Source of the DNA: the human T2T-CHM13v2.0 reference genome, Homo sapiens
Length of the DNA stretch: 64,000 nucleotides
Direction of reading: 5' to 3'
Assembly (NCBI GenBank): GCA_009914755.4
Contig: CP086569.2
Coordinates: 12,800,001-12,864,000 of the forward strand
A model generated the notes under the pieces. That model did no database searches and was not told the origin of the DNA. It was given only the letters and a program-made list of their open reading frames with translations. Positions within the stretch are counted from its first letter, which is position 1. Every line of letters starts with the position of its first letter. The position numbers were made by a program, and so were the translations under genes. Positions 59,881 through 64,000 of the stretch are shown here, piece by piece.

Positions 59881-60439
59881 TAAAAGCCGCTCACCTGCTT
59901 CAGGGGCATCTCAGGGGCATCTCAGCAGACAAGATTGGTTGTACAAGTACACGATACCATTGGGCTTGTAAAAAAATTTTTTTCTTTTTATACTCACAGA
60001 TGTCTTTTGTAGATCAAAGAACACAACAGGCAAACACTGTCCCTAAGGATATGTTATCAAAATGCTGGGTCAGGAAGAGGATTGCGACTAACCAGAGGAA
60101 GAGCCAAAAGCAGTCGCTGGTGCACCCTGCAAGAAGCTGGTGCCGTGGTGCCTTTCCGGGCCCTGCACACTGGTCTGAGCACCATGTTTTTACCCCAGGT
60201 GGGCTCTGCTGACCGAAGATCCTGTCCTGACCTCTCCCCACCATTCCAGGTCTGACTTATCCAAGAAGCCAGGCAGCCACCTCCTCCTCGTCCTCTGCCT
60301 CCTGGAATAGGGAACTACCCTCTGTACCCTCTACTTTTTGCCTTGTCTCCAGGTCACTGCCACCCTACCCCCACACCCTCCCCAGATAATACCATTAGAC
60401 CATTAGACTCTCCCAACTTCCCAGCCCTCGCCCTTCCCC

Positions 60440-61240
60440 TCGAAGGCTCTCCACGCCGGAGGGCAGCCGTTCCATCTTTCCGGCAGGAAGACTGGCAGGG
60501 GGAGGGAGGCGTGCGCCCGGGAGTCCTGGAGAAGCGGGAGGGCGTGGCGGCGGCTCTCACGTTGCAGCCCTGCAGGCAGCTCCCGGGATGCTTGCGAGGC
60601 CAGTCCGCTCCTGCCTGCACAAGGGCTAGGAAGAGCTGCCAGAGGAAACGCTGTCTGACCCGGAGAAGCGCAAACTCTGCTCCTTCTCTGTCCCCTGAAA
60701 GGAACGGAAACGTTGCCAGCGCTGCTTAGGCGTTCTCCAAGCGCGGACTCTGTTGCGGCTCCCACCGCGCTCCCTGCATCTCGCCCTTTCCTCCTGGGTC
60801 CCGGGACTTCTCTCTGACATAGAGCCCTCCTTCCCAGAGCCGCCTGCGGTTCTTGCAGCTGGAGTGGGTGAGGCATACGCACCCGGGCCTAGGCGTAATG
60901 AAGACGCGAGAGGAAGGCTGAGCGCAGAGCGGCGCGGCCAGGGTCCCTTGGCTTGGGACTGCGCCCCGTCTCCCCGGGGTGGGGCAGGGTAGGGGTGTGC
61001 AGAGGCGTGGACTTGGGGAAGCCTAGCAGCGCCTGAATAAAAGGGCGCCGGCGCGCTGTGCCGCGCTGAGCCGCGCTGAAAAGCCGAGCTGCCTCGCTCC
61101 CGGCCCGGGAAAGGGCATGGCCCCGGCAGACTCCTGGCCTTGACTTGAGCACCACGGCACGGTGGATGATCCGCGCTCTGCGCTCCCGTGTGCGGCGGCT
61201 TCCCAAGGATAGGTGAGGACCCAGGGTGGCCAGGGTGCCC
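60440..61240. promoter_or_regulatory. CpG island (first block), probably a promoter region. It holds the TATA-like motif AATAAAAGGG at 61036-61045 and GC-box-like motifs.
   Basis: High CpG density and GC content, in sharp contrast to the AT-rich, CpG-depleted flanks. Confidence 0.8.
61060..61212 (+). other. Candidate first exon with a 5' splice donor (aaggatag|GTGAGGAC at 61212/61213). A short in-frame ATG at 61166 encodes MIRALRSRVRRLPKD.. up to the donor. The gene is not identified.
   Basis: The TATA-like element lies about 25-30 bp upstream of 61065. There is a consensus-like donor GTGAGG. A short uORF (ATGGCCCCGGCAGACTCCTGGCCTTGA) sits at 61118. This is inference only. Confidence 0.3.
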
Positions 61241-61788
61241 GTGGGCTGCTGTGTCTGCTTGCAGGGAGTGACGGGATTTGAGAGACACCCAAGGGAAAAA
61301 CAGGGTAAAGGGCCCGCATGCAGGCAGATTGCACTGTTCCCCAGCACTGTTTGAAGTTGCTAAGAAATCAGGAAACCTGAATTCCTCCAATTTTAAGTAG
61401 CTGAGGATCAGTTAGGGAGGACAGCCGGATCTTGAAGGAGGATGCATGCAGGTCTAATTAAGCCCAGACAACCCATGCCTCCTTTCCTCCCGCTTCCCAA
61501 CTCGCCCCTCATCCCTCTGTCTCTCTCTCTGGAGACCTACAACCCCGCCATCCGGCGTTTCTAGGAAGCTGCGGACGGAATTCTTGAATGAAGCCCACTG
61601 TGCTCTTGCAATCGGTGGGGGAAAGGACGCTTGAGGGGTCTCTTTTCAGGTTGCTCAGGCTGCGACTACTTCATGTCTCCTATTCCTCCTCTCTTCCCCA
61701 GCTCCTTCCCTGCCTCTTTCCTCCTACTATTACCCAGGCTTTTCCTGGAAAGGGGACAACCCAACGCCTAGAGTGATCTGAGCCATGG

Positions 61789-61827
<39 letters not shown>
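61789..61827 (+). repeat. Pure A39 mononucleotide tract lying between the two CpG-rich blocks
   Basis: Direct reading. It is not attached to an Alu or L1 body. Confidence 0.95.
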
Positions 61828-61830
<3 letters not shown>

Positions 61831-61839
61831 ACAGTCATC

Positions 61840-62420
61840 CCCGCAGAGAGAAGGGGTTTGATGTCCGAGTCCCGAGCGGCGACGACTCGCGGGGCCACCC
61901 CATCCGCCTTCCAGGAAAGCGCGTAGTTCACCCCGCAGCCAGCTCGACGCAACCCAACGTACTCTGGAAGCCGGCCAGGGGCGCAGGGCCTCCAGCGCGG
62001 CCACTCTAGGTTGTCCGCCCAGGGCCAAGAAGAAAGCAGACTGCCTCACCACCCCTGCTTCCCTGCAGGGTTCGCAGACCGTATCCGGCGGCCTAGCTGG
62101 CGCAGGGCCGCTTTCTCTGCGGCAGAGACTTGACCCCGCGTCCCGGGGATTAGGGTTGGCTGGGGGCGAGTTTCCTGGATCCCCCGGGAGGTTGGTGCCG
62201 GGGTGGGAGGGTGGACAGGGAGCGGGGGCTGAGGAGTCCTCTGGAACGCCTGGGCCAAGTCCGCCCGCAGGCACAGGACGCTGGGGACTGGCGCCCTCGG
62301 CTGCCCTTGGGACCAACCCAGCACCAAGGTCGGGCGCGCTGGCAGGGGCGGGGACAACCTGGGCTCTGACGAGAGAGAAAAGTCCGAGGACTTGCAGAGC
62401 TGCGGGAGTCAGTTTGTTCC
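61840..62420. promoter_or_regulatory. CpG island (second block)
   Basis: CpG-dense and GC-rich (cgagcggcgacgactcgcgggg..., gtatccggcggcctagctggcgcagggccgc...). Confidence 0.75.
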
Positions 62421-62599
62421 AGCCCTCAGAGGCGAAGCCAGACTTGCTTTTTTGCAAAGCTACCAGTGCACCATCAGTCCTTGATGGGCAACTGAAGGGA
62501 GACGAGCCCCCGGGCTTAAGAGAATAACCTTTCCTAGGTCACTCAAAGGCAGGGAAAGCTACAGGTCTGGATGCTCCTCTCTTATAGAAAGGGTTTTAG

Positions 62600-62926
<327 letters not shown>

Positions 62927-63439
62927 TAGTTAGCAGTTCGTGGTCGTTCAGAACCCGGGCGAATGGGCAGGCTGTCGTTTGTTGTGCATCCCTATTTACT
63001 TTCCATGTGTGCCACTGTTTTTAAGTGAACGCCATTCAAGAGATGACAAAAATGTTAGATGACATAGACATTGCCAGGGCACGAAGAAGATCACTTCTAA
63101 ATGAAGTAGCTGATGCAATCTAGGTTTTCCATTTTTTTAGTGACTCCATTTTTTTTTCTGTTTGCCTGAATGTATTTCATTAGCAATCCCTTCCTGTTTA
63201 TTGAATGATCAGAGGTTCCCCCAGACTTCCTCCCCGATTAACAGCAACTCTGTATCATCCAGAAAACTCTCTAGCTTTTCCAAGACAAAAAAATAAGGAT
63301 AGTAAATACACCCAGAAATAACAGGATGAATCTCCTTCTAGTGAATACCTCTTTAAGCTCTTCAAGAAGCTAGAATTAAAGGTTTGAGAAATATCATTAA
63401 AGGAAAGAATCAAAATAAATAGTTTTCTTGGGAAGTAAT

Positions 63440-63571
63440 TTTGTATTTTTTAGTAGAGACGGGATTTCTCCGTGTTGGTTAGACTGGTCTCTACCTACAG
63501 ACATCAGGTGATCCGCCCGCCTCGGCTTCCCGAAATGCTGGGATGACAGGCGTGAGCCACCGCGCCCAGCC
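63440..63571 (-). mobile_element. Partial Alu (right monomer). Together with about 90 bp of 3' flank it is a direct duplicate of 62770-63000.
   Basis: The Alu half plus flank (tgggt.ttgga..tttta.t.agcagttcg...cgttcagaacc.gggcgaatgg.caggc.gt..tttgttgtg) recurs about 670 bp downstream. Confidence 0.8.
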
Positions 63572-64000
63572 TGGGTTTTAGAGTTTTTAATCAGCAGTTC
63601 GCCCTCCTTCAGAACCTGGGCGAATGGACAGGCGTGTGTTTGTTGTGTATATAAATATATAATGGCTTAGTTGTTGTTGGATGCAGAAACACAACATTTT
63701 ATTATTTCTTTTATTATGGAAACATAAATACAAACCTCTCTTTTTCTTGTTCTCTCTCTGTCTTTCTGTTTCCCCCACTACCCCCCGCCAATTTCATACC
63801 CACAATTACAGAATGCAAGACAGATTTCCAAATCATAGTATCCAAGCCAAGAATCAAGACTATATTCTATAGTCATGATTAAAGTGAATGGTGAAAAGTT
63901 TAGAAAAAAACCATGTTTCATCTTTCTCAATTCCCATGGTTTAAGCGTCACTACAACACATCGTGTGAAGTCCTGGGAAGCTTGAAACCCTGATGCACAA

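Noticed and set aside
60354-62527. Overlapping GC-rich ORFs of 254, 229, 159 and 152 aa in the CpG island
   Set aside because: They are stop-codon-poor because of GC richness. They overlap each other on both strands, are proline-, arginine- and alanine-rich, and have no recognisable domain. Only the short exon-like segment with the donor site is reported, at low confidence.

Overview
This window is human or catarrhine-primate nuclear genomic DNA, not a prokaryotic locus. I assign it this way because it carries about 26 Alu copies, L1 3' ends with ORF2 remnants, ERV LTRs and an ASS1 retrocopy. The content is repeat-dense intergenic or intronic sequence. Positions 1-3573 hold the 5' part of a HERV9 (ERV9) provirus on the minus strand: an LTR12 5' LTR, leader, and gag/pro/pol remnants with clear reverse-transcriptase motifs. 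Other mobile elements are a twin-priming L1 insertion, a 3.7-kb 5'-truncated L1 carrying a very young AluY, older L1 fragments, two THE1/MaLR solo LTRs, hAT (MER1/MER5-like), Tigger-like and MADE1 DNA-transposon relics, and a solo LTR12 inserted into an Alu. There are many microsatellites: a 540-bp (GAAA/GGAA)n tract, a perfect (ATCT)13, a (GATA)14, and pure A39 to A42 runs. An ASS1 processed pseudogene lies at 29.2-30.8 kb on the minus strand. There are two kb-scale inverted duplications (10.5-14.1 kb and 22.1-25.0 kb) and several local direct duplications. A CpG island with a candidate first exon and splice donor sits at 60.4-62.4 kb. I found no intact protein-coding gene and no CRISPR or defence-type system. 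Most supplied ORFs are translation artefacts of repeats or GC-rich DNA. All coordinates are by-eye estimates, roughly plus or minus 10-30 bp.
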